From: Hemiscyllium ocellatum
Lineage: Eukaryota
Reading direction: 5' to 3'
DNA length: 64,000 nucleotides
Assembly: GCF_020745735.1 (NCBI RefSeq)
Contig: NW_026867501.1
Location: 124,001 to 188,000 of the forward strand
The notes below the pieces were generated by a model, which ran no database searches, was not told where the DNA came from, and was given only the letters and a program-made list of their open reading frames with translations. The position numbers and the translations under genes are program-made. Positions 36,025-49,149 of this stretch are shown one piece after another; position 1 is the first letter of the stretch, and each line of letters starts with the position of its first letter.

Positions 36025-39000
36025 TATCCGGCCTGAGGATTGAGGTGATCACAAGAGAGCAGTCTGCTGAAATAAAAGCAAAGCAAGAAAAAACTTTCAA
36101 ATTAGTTTAAAGAAAATTAAATCGCAACAATAGCCAGTTCAGTTTTTATTTTCATTATTTTATACATAATCAGATCAGACCAGAATAAAATATCTCTGTA
36201 TTTTATCGGAGCTGTGTTTCTTTGTAAATCTTTGCTGCAGAAGTCATCCTAGAGTTTCTCCTGTAGCTGTTTCCTATTCCACGTTCCCAAACTCTTTTGC
36301 TTGGGACAGCACAGGGAAAGATGTATTTTCTTCTTCATCAATCCATGTTGACTGTGGAAAAAAACAATTCAGAAGGGAGATTTGTTTTTATTCATTCTCT
36401 ATTGTACATAAAAGTTTCTGATAGGACAGTGAAGATGGACATTTTCTCAGTTCCAAACCTAACATGTTGTTGCTTGATACGATCCAGCTTTGTTGATTTT
36501 CGAAATTATAGAAAGTAAATTTATGAGGATTATCAATATACAAACAAAAATATACAGCACCTTGAATCATGGAATTGTTGAATTTTCATTGTGGTCCTCA
36601 TAATTATAACTTGACAAATTTCAAGCTTTCGTTTCTAAATCAATATTCAGTAACTATGCAGGGCACATTATTGGTCTGAAGCTAATCTGTTTCACTTAAA
36701 AGAGCAGTCTTCGTGATCTAATTCAGCAATTCAGGAACTCAGACAAGTCATCGCAGAATTAAATGCAAATTACATAAACAAAACATATGATAGGAATAAA
36801 TCACGTCAATTATATAAGTCATCGTTGCAATAGCAATATGAATGATTTGATGAAATAATAACCAATCGAAGCCATACAGCAATATTTGAGAAAAAAAAAT
36901 AGAATCAATGCTAAAACATCAGAAATCCACTTAATGACAGTGCAGTAGATTTGCTGTGAACATAATTTACAGAACTGTCAGTTTACCCGTGCCCCAGCTG
37001 ACACCTGGGCATTACAGGAAATACATTTATGCCATCCTTCACTTTGTACGATGCTTTAGTTTGGTGCAGGAACTTTGCACAACATATTCGTGTGTAGGAC
37101 ATAAGAGGGTAACGAAGAAAGGAACTTTTTTGAATAAATGCATGTGTGTGCAAATAGACAGCTGCTGTGAAAAAAAAGAATTAACATCTTCTTCATCAGC
37201 ATTCGCTCCCCGAGATGTCATAAGCATGTGCCAATCATTTTATAGACAGACGTAATTGGCCAATAAAGTGAATTATTTTCAATATACCCAGGCTACCACA
37301 ACCCTTTAGTGTGACACTGATAGGTCATTCAATTTCTGGGCGTGATCCAAAGACGTGCAGAAGGAAACGAAACAGTGTTGACAATTTATTCCGATCTGAT
37401 AATAAGTGTAACTGAACCAAATACAGTTAAAACAAAAACGTATCTAACTTCATCAAGACAGACTTATTAACAGATAGTTGAATGCAGGAAGAGAAATGAA
37501 CCAAAGTAACTCAAATCGAGAACATCTAATGTAATATAATGAGTGTCAAAGTCAAGTCATATATAAACATTGACTCTATCTGGTATAGTATTAACGTTAT
37601 TAGTAAGTTTACATAATGTAATGGAAGTAATTATGCGATCCCATATTGCAATAACTTTATGACTCAGTGACCCGATGAACAGAAAGGGAGATAGATCCTT
37701 GTGTGATCATCATTGAGGCCAAACGAGTAGAATTCTGCTGACGAGATACAGAACCTGAAGAGCCATCGCAATATCTGCACCATCTAAGGTTAATCTGGCG
37801 ATTAAAGAGATACAAACAATTGAAAATACAATCTGTTCCTTAAATAATAAAATACGATGCAAGGACATCTGTCTTTAATGCACGAAGGTGTGGGTGCATG
37901 GATTATTCAGGTTTAAACAAAAAGCAGTGTTTGTTGATACACCAACACTGAACGAAGCTAACTTGAAAGTTGAGGAGACAGAGAATTGTTAAACACTTAT
38001 CAGGGCCTGACTGGCAAGGGCAAAATCATGCCGACAAATCATGAAGGCAAGCATAGGTTCAATGCTGATTGGAACCTGGTAAGACTCTGATACAGTTAAT
38101 AAATTCTGAAATTATTATGGCGCCAATATCACCACGGGCAGTTAAAAGACAGAACACCCTCTGTAACTGTTGGAGACGAGCGATTGCACAATAATAGTCA
38201 GGGCCTGGTGAAAACTAATGCAGGCAGAGTCCAGAGAATTCATGTATTAAATCAGGCCTGTCTCACTATTAATGAGGGTGCATATTTCATTGACAACTTA
38301 ACACACACGAGTTTCGCAGCAAATCCGAGTCAAAAGGCATCATTTTTCAGTATACTCCATATGCAACTCTGAATCTGCCAGATGGAGATAAGTTGTTCAA
38401 CATGTAAAATGTGCCCTCTTTTTTCATACAGGCATATAGCAATGCTTAAGAACGCTTAATCCGGTGCATATTACGAAAGTGAAGGAATGATCACGATGAT
38501 GAAACATTAAAGAGCGCAGAAAATCGATGCAGGAGGCAAGTGCGAACTGATTGTCTTCATCCTTACCCGGAATTTTGAATCGACAATCATCTTGGCCTTC
38601 TCCGAAATCCCAGCATTACACCAAGGTTTTATGCAAATCCAGCAAGATTCCTTTGCTGTTGCATTCAATCCATTATGTAATGAAGTTCCAACTACTGACC
38701 CACTTGCATCCTTCACCAGCACGCTGGCTTATTGTGAGGCCTAAAGCAGGAGTCTCGCATGGCTATATTCATCGCACTTCTGATACTTCATATTTTGAAA
38801 AATATTCTGCTGTTTGTGTTTCTGACCAATGTGGATAACATCACAATTAATCGAATGATATATCATCTGCAATGCTCATTCCGATATAGAGAGGAGGTGA
38901 TCGTGCTGGCCTTGGTGGACAAAGTTCAAAACCACACAACTCCAAGTTATAGTCCAACAAATTTATCAGGATGTATAAATTCTCCCCTTCGTCTGGTAGC

Positions 39001-39149
39001 CAGTGGTGCAACATCATCAAATTCAGAATTAATTGTAAAAGGGCAAAGTGTCATCCAACGAATGTGATTTATTGAACACACATAGTTTGTCTTTAAGTCT
39101 TTAATCACTTAGAATAGGGATTTCAGTTGCTTAATATCGAGAAGTGTCC

Positions 39150-41450
39150 TTGAGAAACACTTTCCTGATGAAGGGATTATGCCCAATACGTTGGTTCTAC
39201 TGTTTATCGGCAGCTGCTTGACCTGCTGTGCTTTTCAAGCGTCAAACGTTTTGAATCTGCTTTCCAACATCTGTAGTCCTCACTTTCTCCTTGTCGATTT
39301 TGGAATATGTAAACCCAAGAACTATTTTCAAGTCACAGTCCCGAGATAATTCAAGTTTTTGAAAAAAAAATGATATTTCAGCTTTGACAATGCATTAACA
39401 GTGTGAGGTTAGAGTCTGCCTGTATGCCAAAAATGAGTCAGTATGGTTCTATTTCCAAAGTAGGAATTTAGAAAATATTACATGGCTGCATATTGCGTGC
39501 TTTTTGAAAAAAAATAGAACGCGTCTTCAAATGCAGGTCGGCAAATGCAAATTCACACCATATACTTAAACGCGTGTGTGCTTACATTTTGTTTGTGCTG
39601 GTGAGCGAGAGAGTGTGTGGGGGAGGGGGAGGGTGAGAGGGAGAGTGTGTTTGAGTACCTGAGATAGTGTCTGCGTGCGTGCTTGATACAGTGTGTGGGC
39701 GAGTTTGATGGAGTGTTTGCCTGTCAGTGGATGTGTGTGTGAATATGTGGGTGTAGATGCAAGTGTATGTGTGCGTCTGAGAGACAACATGTGTCTGAGA
39801 GAAAACATGTTTGTAAGAGAGAGTGTGTGTGTGTGCATGTGAGTGTGTGTGTGAAGATGTACAGTGCAGTGTAATACCCTGTAGTGTGATATGAACCCAA
39901 AATCTCGATTCAGGTCATCCTCATGGATACTGAACTTGATGATCAACCTCTGCTCGTCTCCTCTGTCTTGTTTGGATCTAAAGTCCGCCTTGGAGGATGT
40001 TCACCCGAAGATCCAAAGCCGAATATACTTCACGGCTGAAGTGTTCCCCGACATGCTTGGCTGGCGATTACTACATTGTGTTCATTTATCCACTGTCTTA
40101 GCATCCGCGTGGTCTCGCCAATATACTATGCCTGAGAGCAGCATAGACTGCAATCTATGAGATAGAAAACGTTGGCTGAATCACGTGAGGCTGCCACACA
40201 CGTTGAGGGTAGTGGCCCAACGTTTAATTGTACTGTCCATGTCGATGGTCTGACATGTCTTGCAATGGTTGGGATGCTTGGTCTTGAGTTCAATGTCGTC
40301 TTGAAGGCTGGGAGTTTTGCTGCGAACAATGGTCTGTTTATGCAACTCTGTCATGACAACCGTTGCAAGACATGATAGAATATCATAACAACTGGGGACG
40401 CCATCCACCTGGTGAGTGGCAGATATTCATGTGACTCAGCCAAAATTGTCGACCTCAAATGTTGCAAGTAAGGTTGCCCTGAGGCATAGTATATTGGCGA
40501 GACCAAGAGGAAGCTACAACAATGGATGAATGGACATCACGCAAAAATCTCTAAAAGGGGATGCTCCCTCCCAGACGGGGAACACTTCGTGAGTCAAGAA
40601 GGATCGGCCTCGGATCTTCAGGTGACCATCCACCAAGAAGAGCTTTGGGATCCACAACAATGCAGAGACTGATAGCCAATTTCGGTATTCATGAGGGCAG
40701 CTTCAAAAGGATGTGGTTCATGTCACACTTCAAGGTCCTCCACTACACTATACACCCTGACACACACCTTCACACACAGCACATAACCATACACATACAC
40801 ATACTCTTGGGCACACGATCACTCTCAGACCCTTCATCATATGTATACTGTCTCTCAGACACACTCACACGCACACACTCACACTCACATGCACACCCTC
40901 CCACAGGCATATACTCCAAAACACTCATGCGCACACTTTCTCAAGCACACATTCACACACATTCTCCCTTTCCCAAACACATATATTTTCTCTCTCCCTC
41001 ACACTCATGCACACGTCTGCAGATTTTGTTCAAAAACTGTAGGCAGTCAGTTCATATGATATTTGAAACTTCCCACTTTGGAAACAGAACCAGTATGACT
41101 AAAGGTTGGGATATACTAACCACACACCATTAATGTCTGAACTGAGGCGTCACTTTTTTTAATAAATCCTTAAGTTATCTTTGGACAGACTTGAGAGCTG
41201 TTCTGGGATTTACATATTAATCAATCGAACACTGCATCTGCATTGCAAGTGATTAAAGACTGAACAGCAATCGAGTTTTGTTAAGTGCATTGCATGATTG
41301 GTATGACACTTTAACCTTCATCAGAAGTGCTGCGTGCTATGATCCGGCCACACTGGCTACCTGACGAAGAAGAGGCTCACCCACAGCTTGTACATACAGA
41401 TACATTCGTTGGAAAATCACCTGCTGTTGTGCAATTTTTAACATTCTGTT
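39150..41450. mobile_element. Two decayed Penelope-like 3' fragments in inverted orientation (about 39260-40400 minus, 40410-41450 plus) with CA/GT-rich tails
   Basis: YIGET-coding GTATATTGGCGAGACCA occurs on + near 40490 and on - near 40120. 39890-39950 mirrors 40660-40730 and 39300-39560 mirrors 41030-41290. Confidence 0.65.
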
Positions 41451-41559
41451 TTAATTATCCTGTCTGCGCTCGACAGGAGCATCCCAATAGCTTACACGAA
41501 TTAAGCTATCACATAGCTTAATGACATCAAGAAGTTTGGGATAACGATGAATCATACAA

Positions 41560-42310
41560 TCGTTTTATAGATTGTCACGTGATGTATCCCTGATTCTTGA
41601 GGCGCGTCAACTATGATTCGTCCACCATCTTTGAATACTCTTTCCCTTTCCACTCTTTGATTTCTCCTCATTAGTTCATCACAGCAACTTAACGTAATCT
41701 AGCATTCTCAAATCTATCTACCAATTTCCTGTGTGGTATATTATCTAAAACTTTCAAATATCTGAAAATACGCCACATCCGCTGGTTGTCCCTTCCTGTT
41801 GCTACAATTTAAATCCACAAAACGAATTCCCAGTGGATTTGTCAAATATTCCTTTCCTTTATAACGTCATATTGAATCATCTCAAACGTATCATTATTTC
41901 GAAATGTCTACTTATGGTCGGCTTCATTATATGACCTGATGTTTTCCCTGCAACTGGCATTTAACAGGTCATTGGTTCCTATTTTCTTCTCCCGCCCTTC
42001 TTAAGTAGTTCGGCCATTTTCCCTTCTTTCTAAACGTCACGAAACATGCCAGAAATTCTTGAATTTCCAACGATAACCAATAGTGCTTGCATTGTCTCTC
42101 CTCACACCTCATTCAAGATTTTGGAATGGACCCGATTTGGTCCAGGGATTTTAGCCAACTTTATTACAAGAGGTTTTCTGTTCTCACTTGCCAAAGGCTT
42201 TGCAAGTGTCGGCCTCCTCCTCAGACATCATCCATTACTGGTGAATCATTATTTCAAATTATTGAGATTTAAATATAGACCAGTTTAGACATATTGTAAA
42301 ATGCTCTTGG
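41560..42310 (-). mobile_element. Decayed CR1 LINE fragment
   Basis: Reverse-complement similarity to the CR1 RT N-terminal region at 8700-9300. Confidence 0.5.
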
Positions 42311-43429
42311 ACAAGCGGGAGTGGCACCAATATCTTGCTGGTTAGCAGTCAGGTGCGCTATCCATTGCATCGCTCACCCAGGACATAGTTTTGACATATT
42401 CATTGCAGAGTTGAGATGTTAACAGAATCACAAGTGGGAATGGTAACAACCGAATGAAAAGCAAAGATAATAACTGCCAATGCTTTGATTGAGCCTTTAC
42501 TGTAAAACAAACCATTTTTGTCTTCATGTCTCTGGTTCATGATCAAATATTTTCCTGCTGGACCTTTCTCTTATTTCAGTCACAGTCATTCCTCAATTTT
42601 GTCATCCAATCGCGTGCAATGTTCTTTCATGCTTAGCGTAAGGTCTATTGAAATCAAGACCACGAATAAATTCAATGAGAATCTTCTGGTAATTTCTACC
42701 AAAGGTTCTGGAATCAGACGAGTTGAACAACACGTTTTATTGGTGCTTCACATTCGCTGCAGTTCAGTACTTCAAAACAGGCCTCTGTCAGTATCAACTG
42801 TTTTGTACTTTCGTTCAGTTTGCCTGCTGGACAACATCAAATTATCATAACTTCACTTTCTTCAGAATGACATCCAAGACGACAATATGAACTGTTTCAA
42901 TGTTTCACGTTGTGCACCCGATTGGAAGGAGATTGTTACTGGGAATTCTGATACCGCATATTCCTACAATCAGCATATGGGACAATCAGGTTAATGAGAT
43001 CCTGTTGTCTCTTTAAGCAGTCGTGCAAAAGCATATCAAATCTAAATACCGTTAACCTTAAACTCTGTGGCTTGAGCAATATCCTTGTAAATCTTTTGCC
43101 AATATGTTCTGCTTTAATGCAGACAAACCTATTGCCGTCATTCAGTATGTGAACATGTATTTCATAAATATTTGTTTTTTAATGCCTTCGTATGTGTTTG
43201 GCATTCCAAATGACTTCACTGAAGGTTAATGCACGAACTTGAGAGAGAACCTGCAGGAGGATTTAGCATTATGCATTTACGAAGAACATTTTCATCATCA
43301 CTTGGTGAGCGCAGACATGATGGGCCAAATGGTCTGTTTTTGTGCTGTATGGTTCTATGATTGATTATGACTGCTAGTTCACCCTCTTGACTAAATTAAC
43401 AGGAAGTTATGACATTGTTGGTAAATAAA

Positions 43430-43650
43430 AACCGAAAGATTTGCAGATGCTGTAAATCAGGAACAGAAGCCAATGTTGCTTGAAAAGATCAGCAGGTCAG
43501 GTAACATCTGTGAAGAAATGTCAGAGTTAATGTTTCGGGTGGTGCCTCTTCCATTCTGTGGAAGGATCGCAGGATCCGAAACAGTAACTGATTTTTCTTC
43601 AGAGATGCTCCGAGGCCTCTTTAGCTTTTCCAGCAACTTCTGGTTTTGTT
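43430..43650. repeat. Short palindromic element made of two inverted Penelope-type terminal repeats
   Basis: GTTGCTTGAAAAGATCAGCAGGTCAGG...GTTTCGG versus CCGAAAC...CTTTTCCAGCAAC form imperfect inverted arms. Similar relics occur near 650-810 and 46020-46140. Confidence 0.6.
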
Positions 43651-43715
43651 CATGGCATTATTGCTGTTGGTAGTACTGAGATGAAAGACACTGAAGTGTA
43701 TCATTGTGCAATGGC
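43651..43715 (+). pseudogene. Short V FR3 relic
   Basis: HGIIAVGSTEMKDTEVYHCAM aligns with NIISIDDTVVEDAVIYYCAM of the V at 35054. No recognisable RSS; the upstream part is disrupted by repeats. Confidence 0.4.
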
Positions 43716-44745
43716 ATCCTGGAACAAAGACTGAACACTCCCAGAAACTATCTGTGCAACTGCCTCAAGAGAACTCGCATGGCTGCCCACTTCGCAATAT
43801 GCCATCTAACGTGTAATCCAATCAATAGGTTTCACCATTTCGATTACAAATGTTTCATTCCGACCGTGCAGAATAAACCAACTCCTGAAAGATGCTGAGC
43901 ACCACGTGCATCCTATTTTCTGCAGAAACAGACTTCGCTTCATTCGAGCACCCAGAGTCAGAAATGTCTCTTTTGTGACTGACTATGAAAATAGGATTTT
44001 CTTTCTCTTAATTACTGCCAGATAGAGAAGAGGAACCCGCTAGTCTTGACAAAACTTAAATGTCCTGATGTGAATTGCTGACAAAGAATCAACACACTTG
44101 CACAGAGGATGAAAAATGTTTATTTCAGTGCAGCTTAACAGCAGAAGGTTGCAGCGACTGATTTGTTTTACTGATGGTTTTGACTCAATAATCAGCCACT
44201 ATGAAATGGTTTCAATTGGTTTGTGTTGTTCAGATGCCAGTTGCATCCAAACTCCTTCTGATATTTTAAAGGAAGTCTGCATTATGCTGGATCTGTGAAT
44301 CTATAACTTCGCATTTTTTGAATTGTAAACGTGAAGGGTCAGAGGCAGTATTCAATATCCCAAAATGCGTTTGAAGTTGTTCAGATTGTTCCAGTGTTTT
44401 TGCATTAGAGACCTGTGACAAGTCATTGTCTGTGAAACCGAATGCTGCAATTCAATATTACTGGAGGATTTTGTGGCATCAGAACAAATTGCCTAACTTT
44501 CCTTAGAGTTCATCGCTGGAACAATGAAGAATTTTGCATCATCATGATAGATTCAAAATAAATTATTTGTTTTACGTTCACGAAACTAGCTGCCTTAGTT
44601 TATGTCAGTAATAGATTTACAATGATTAACGTTTTGTGACCAAATGATAAGTATGTCATATCACCGTAAAATCGGAAACCAGTTCAGATACACTCCTGAT
44701 CTTACTGTTTGCCTAATACACTCCTTTGTTCAGTGACGCTCTTAG

Positions 44746-45199
44746 AGTTTTTGTACAGGGTCAGCCGCCTCTGAGTCTCCGTGGGTCTCAGTGCACAGTA
44801 ATACATTGCGGAGTCTGTTAGTTCTGCTTTCAACATTTTCAGCTCGATAGTATGGTTTCCATGATCAAAATTCGAGGAGAGCCGGTCCCGGAGAAAATTC
44901 GCCGTTTTCTCGCTATATTTGCTTTTCAGGAGCAGAAACTCCATCAACCCATTGGAAGATTGGCGGTACCAGAATAGTTTAGGATCGCTGCCTATTGTAG
45001 CGTAATCACAGAACAACTGGACATCATCCCCCTCATTCACTGTGAATGCAGCCGGTGTTTGTGAGACAGAATCACCACGACAAAGTCCTGTAAGAGACAG
45101 AAGTTATGGAAAATTAAATAAGGCACTATTATATTCTTATCGACCTGAATCAATAACCCGAGAAATAAATCAGGGAAGCTTCACTAGAATCCATTTCAT
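44746..45199 (-). pseudogene. TCR alpha/delta V with intact V exon (45087-44784) and RSS but a nonsense codon in the only leader candidate
   Basis: GLCRGDSVSQTPAAFTVNEGDDVQLFCDYATIGSDPKLFWYRQSSNGLMEFLLLKSKYSEKTANFLRDRLSSNFDHGNHTIELKMLKAELTDSAMYYCALR. RSS is CACGGAG, 22 bp, ACAAAAACT. Leader 45199-45145 reads MKWILVKLP*FISRVIDS with a GTCGAT donor and a 57-bp intron. Confidence 0.8.
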
Positions 45200-45716
45200 G
45201 TGAGAAGATCATTTTCTATTTCACCTTCCGAAACTTGACGAGCAAACTGAAAACTCTTGGTGGATATAAAACTCTCTCTTCTATTGAATCATCGCAATGA
45301 CTTCAGTCCTGTCTGGATTTCCAGCCTAAATCTTCAATTGTCATTCACTCATGTACTTCCTTTAACTTCTCCCAAAAGTACTTGGGAGACAGCATTGTTG
45401 CTTCTATTTTGCTAAAACTATTTGAGTAAACGTAATCCCATCAAAGGGCTGAAGCACATGCATAGACAAGTTTTCAACCTACTAGTGAGAAGTGCTGCAG
45501 CTGTGAGCTGTAAACAAAGAGTTCCAGGCGACATGTTTGCACATTCACATGCGCAGCGTGAATGTGAGCAGAACTAGCTAAAGCCAAAATGGTTTTTGTC
45601 AAGAGTTCGGAAGAGGTTGAGTAATTTCCGGATCTCTGCTCATTGGTTCATTATTGACAACCGCATTAGGTACAGCCAATGAGCTTGAAGCTCCTTTGTT
45701 CTTATATTGAACCAAT

Positions 45717-45965
45717 TCACAGGCCACTCGGGTGTTTTCCTACATTTTCTGGTGGTGGAAATTGAATAAAGATTTGTACACCTTGTCTCTCACTGTGTCT
45801 CACAGCTGCATACACACACCATGGGTGCTGGGGATAAAAATAATAAGCACTACCGCAGTTAGGCGGTAGTGTGGGGGTTAAAAAAAAAAGAAAAAAAAGA
45901 AAAAAATTAACAGGGAATAAAGGCACTGCTTGTCACTGAAGAAAAGAAAAAAAAAGAAAAAAAAT
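45717..45965 (+). mobile_element. Young poly(A)-tailed retroposed fragment with 3' hairpin and near-perfect target-site duplication
   Basis: AATAAA near 45764; 9-bp perfect stem CACTACCGC/GCGGTAGTG (45848-45871); A-rich tracts at 45880-45964; flanked by ATATTGAACCAAT and ATACTGAACCAAT. Confidence 0.55.
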
Positions 45966-46999
45966 ATACTGAACCAATCAGCTTCAAGTTCCTTTGGACT
46001 CCACTTCATATTATGGCTAAAGTGAGAAAAGATCAACGTTCTGATGAAGGGTTAGTGGCGCCGAAAAGTTAACTAATGTTTCTCTTCCCAGTTGCTGCCA
46101 GACCTACTGAGTTTCTCCAGTTAATTCTGTTTCTGTTTAAGATTTTGAACAAACTCAGTTCTTCCTTATTTTCGTTTAATGATCTTCGGGTTTAGAATGA
46201 GGTGGCTCTCATTGCCTATGAGGTCCTGCATTGGGGTTGTTAACTTGGGCCAGTCGGGTAACCCTGGGCACCAGGCATAAAAAGCAGAATTTGAGTCTCC
46301 TCACTTCATGGACTGACTCCGAGATGGCTGGCCAGAGCCATAATTCTCTGCTCATGTAAATGGATGGTGCTTTCGTGACGGCATATCTGTGTCTGTGCGT
46401 GTTTCTTGTCTGTGTTTAGAAAGTAAGTTTGTTCAAGTACATACTAGGTTTTAGACAGAGGTTAAACCAAATGTTTTCCCTTAACGGTTATTATTTCTCT
46501 AAACAAAGCCAAAGAAGGAAATTAGCACATGCTGTTCGAGTATCAGAAGTGAGGTTCCCCAGTTAACAAGACTGCTTTCAGATTTTGGCAGCCGCTTCAG
46601 CTGATGCTGAGGACTGCTGGATCTAAGGGATTTTGATGCAATAATGACGTTTAAAAAATAAATAAGAAACGACATTTACCATCAACGCAAAAAAGCATCA
46701 AATGTTGCCATTATTTACATGATCCATTGCAACTGAATTTGCTTAATTTTACTGTGTGCCTTCGTCAGCGTAGCTCCTGCATTGATATCAGATGCCCTGC
46801 AGCGTATCAAACACATGGTCCACTGCCACATTGTCTCAGACTATTAGAGATGGACATCAGTGGCTCCCATACAAGGCTAACGGGTTGTTAACGGGAATAA
46901 ATTACATTGTGTCATGGTCTCCTTCATCTGCATGAGAATAGTGAGAGAGAAGAGGCACACTACCAGACAGCTATGTTCATTTCAACTTAAGGTGATTCT

Positions 47000-47200
47000 C
47001 TGAGTAGAGTTTGCATATGCGCTCTGTCACTGCGTGGGTTTCCTATGGGCGCTCGGGGTTCCTCCCACAGTTGAAAGATGAGTAGATACGTGAATTAGCT
47101 ATAAGAGGTGCAGGGTTACTGGAATTGGCTGGGATGTTCTTCTAAGGTTCGGAATGGAGTTGGTGGGCTGAATGTTTGCTTTCAACCTGCTTTCAAGTTT
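47000..47200 (+). mobile_element. Old degenerate SINE fragment
   Basis: CTGCGTGGGTTTCCTATGGGCGCTCGGGTTCCTCCCACAGT matches the central domain of the young SINEs. Confidence 0.6.
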
Positions 47201-48274
47201 GCGTACGATTGATTGTTGTCTTTATATGTTCATTTTGTGGAATCTGGGCGTCGCTAGATGGCTAGCATTTATTGCCTGCCTCTCGTTCCTCTTGAGAAGG
47301 TGATGGCAAGTTACCTTCTTGAACCACTCCAGTCCACCTGCTGCGTCCAAAATATTAACAGGAAAGAAATTTCCAGATATTGAACAAGTGACAGTCAAGG
47401 AACACCAATATATTTCCAAGACAGAATGGTGAATGGCTTTGAGGTGTCCTCGAAGTTGAGTGTACTCCCAAAAAGCATACGTCCCTTATCCTTCGGGATG
47501 GAAGGAGTCCTGCATTTTGAAGTTGCTGTCTGAGGTTCTTTGGTAAAATTTTGCAGTGAATTTTATCGATAACAAAAACTGAGAGTCATTCGTGGATGCA
47601 ACATATGCTTGTGGATGCAATACCAATCAAGCCGGCTGCTTTGTCCTGGATGGTGTCAAGATTCTTGAGTATTTTTGGGACTGAACTCAGCGAGAAAAGT
47701 AGAGTGTATTCCAAAACACTCTTGTTTTGCATCTTTTAGAAGGTGGGCAGACATTGGAGAGTCAGGAGAAACTGTACAGACAGCTATATTTTATCCTCTG
47801 ACGTGCTTTTTTGGTGAATCCCGGTTGGGTTTCTGCTCAACGAATTTCCCGGCATGTTGAGAGTTGAGGATTCAGTGTTGATGATGACATCTTAAAAGAA
47901 AGACACCCTGTTATTTTCATGTATCCTTCAATTGTTATTTAGCCTGATCTTTAATCAATGTGCATCATGATCGTTATATTTCTATTTCTCCCATTTATTC
48001 TTCAACAGGTTATCACCATTCTGTCCTCTGAAAGTATTATTAATATATATCTCCACTTTCCCTTTTCTCCATTAATGTTTCTCGGTTGCAAATGTATCTT
48101 TCCTTTACCGCCCTCCACATATCCAATTGTCCTCACTTATGACCATGTTTAACAATTACTGTTCATTATTTACCCTGATATTTTGCCTTCATTTTCCTTA
48201 TTTTGGATTTTGATGCCCACAGTTACGAATGAACATACTTCAAAATCAGCAGAGCAGAACTCTCATTCTGTGCA

Positions 48275-48647
48275 CGTTTTAGTACGGACTCTCCATCTGT
48301 TTGTGACACTGTGCCCTCACTGCACAGAGGTAGATGGCGGTGTCATTAAGTCTGGCATCTTTCAAAGTCAAGGTACTGAGTTTGTAATCTTCACTGATTG
48401 AAGCAACGATTCTCTCTGGCTGATCGTCTTCTCTTTTGGCCATCATCACATGCTGGGGTGGCTGATTTGGCAGCTGTCTGTACCAACGCACTATGCTAAA
48501 TTTAGTTGCAATGGAGCAATTCATGGACACAATTCCCCCTTCACTAACAACCATCCACACAGGTTGTTGCAGCACTTCACCTTCTCCAATCACCTCCGTG
48601 AAGATCAGAGTGGAAAACAACAGGAGGACTCTGCCGATTTGAAACAT
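48275..48647 (-). CDS. Apparently functional single-exon (intronless leader+V) TCR alpha/delta V segment, coding 48647-48314, with 23-RSS
   Basis: One continuous frame: MFQIGRVLLLFSTLIFTEVIGEGEVLQQPVWMVVSEGGIVSMNCSIATKFSIVRWYRQLPNQPPQHVMMAKREDDQPERIVASISEDYKLSTLTLKDARLNDTAIYLCAVR. RSS is CACAGTG (48313-48307), 23 bp, ACTAAAACG. Confidence 0.92.
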
Positions 48648-49149
48648 TATCAGACTATATGAAAAGTGGTGAAAGCAATTATCCGAGGTGCTCTTTGACG
48701 AACGGGAGATAAATATGATATTTATAAGATTAATCAAATAGAATATGCACACGTCACATCTAACTCTGAAATGCCACGCTGTTGAAGTTGCACAAAATGC
48801 GAAGTCTTGGCGTTTGTTTCTGTCACAAAGCATTCACACTGACAGTTGCTCGCACTGTCTGGAAGGTCACTCCTCCTCAAGCCCTCATCTTCAAGGTTTA
48901 TAACTGAATCGCGCTGCCATCTTGTGACGTGTACAATATGTTGCGCTGTTCACATTCTGAGAGTAATTGCAGTTCGCTGATAACTGCTCAATGGAAACAC
49001 TTATGTCATCCTTCCTGGTGGAATATAGGTGAGACTCTGCATTTCAACTTCATTTGCTGCCTCTCAGTCTTTCACACCACTCTCCTCTAACAAAGTAACC
49101 AAACATTTGTTCCACGAGGAAATGTTTAATAAGTGAGGCAGTAGAATCC

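Noticed and set aside
36965-36997. Minus-strand WGTGKLTVL resembles a J segment
   Set aside because: One residue short of the motif, donor in the wrong phase, and no upstream heptamer or nonamer.
36763-38638. Ig octamers ATGCAAAT at 36763 and 38631 as IgH-type V promoters
   Set aside because: No leader, V exon or RSS found downstream of either. No IgH-like V was recognised in the window.
48648-48833. N-terminal 62 aa of ORF 48279-48833 as part of the V protein
   Set aside because: It begins at a non-ATG start in the ORF track. The signal peptide starts at the ATG at 48647 and the paralogues do not conserve the upstream frame.
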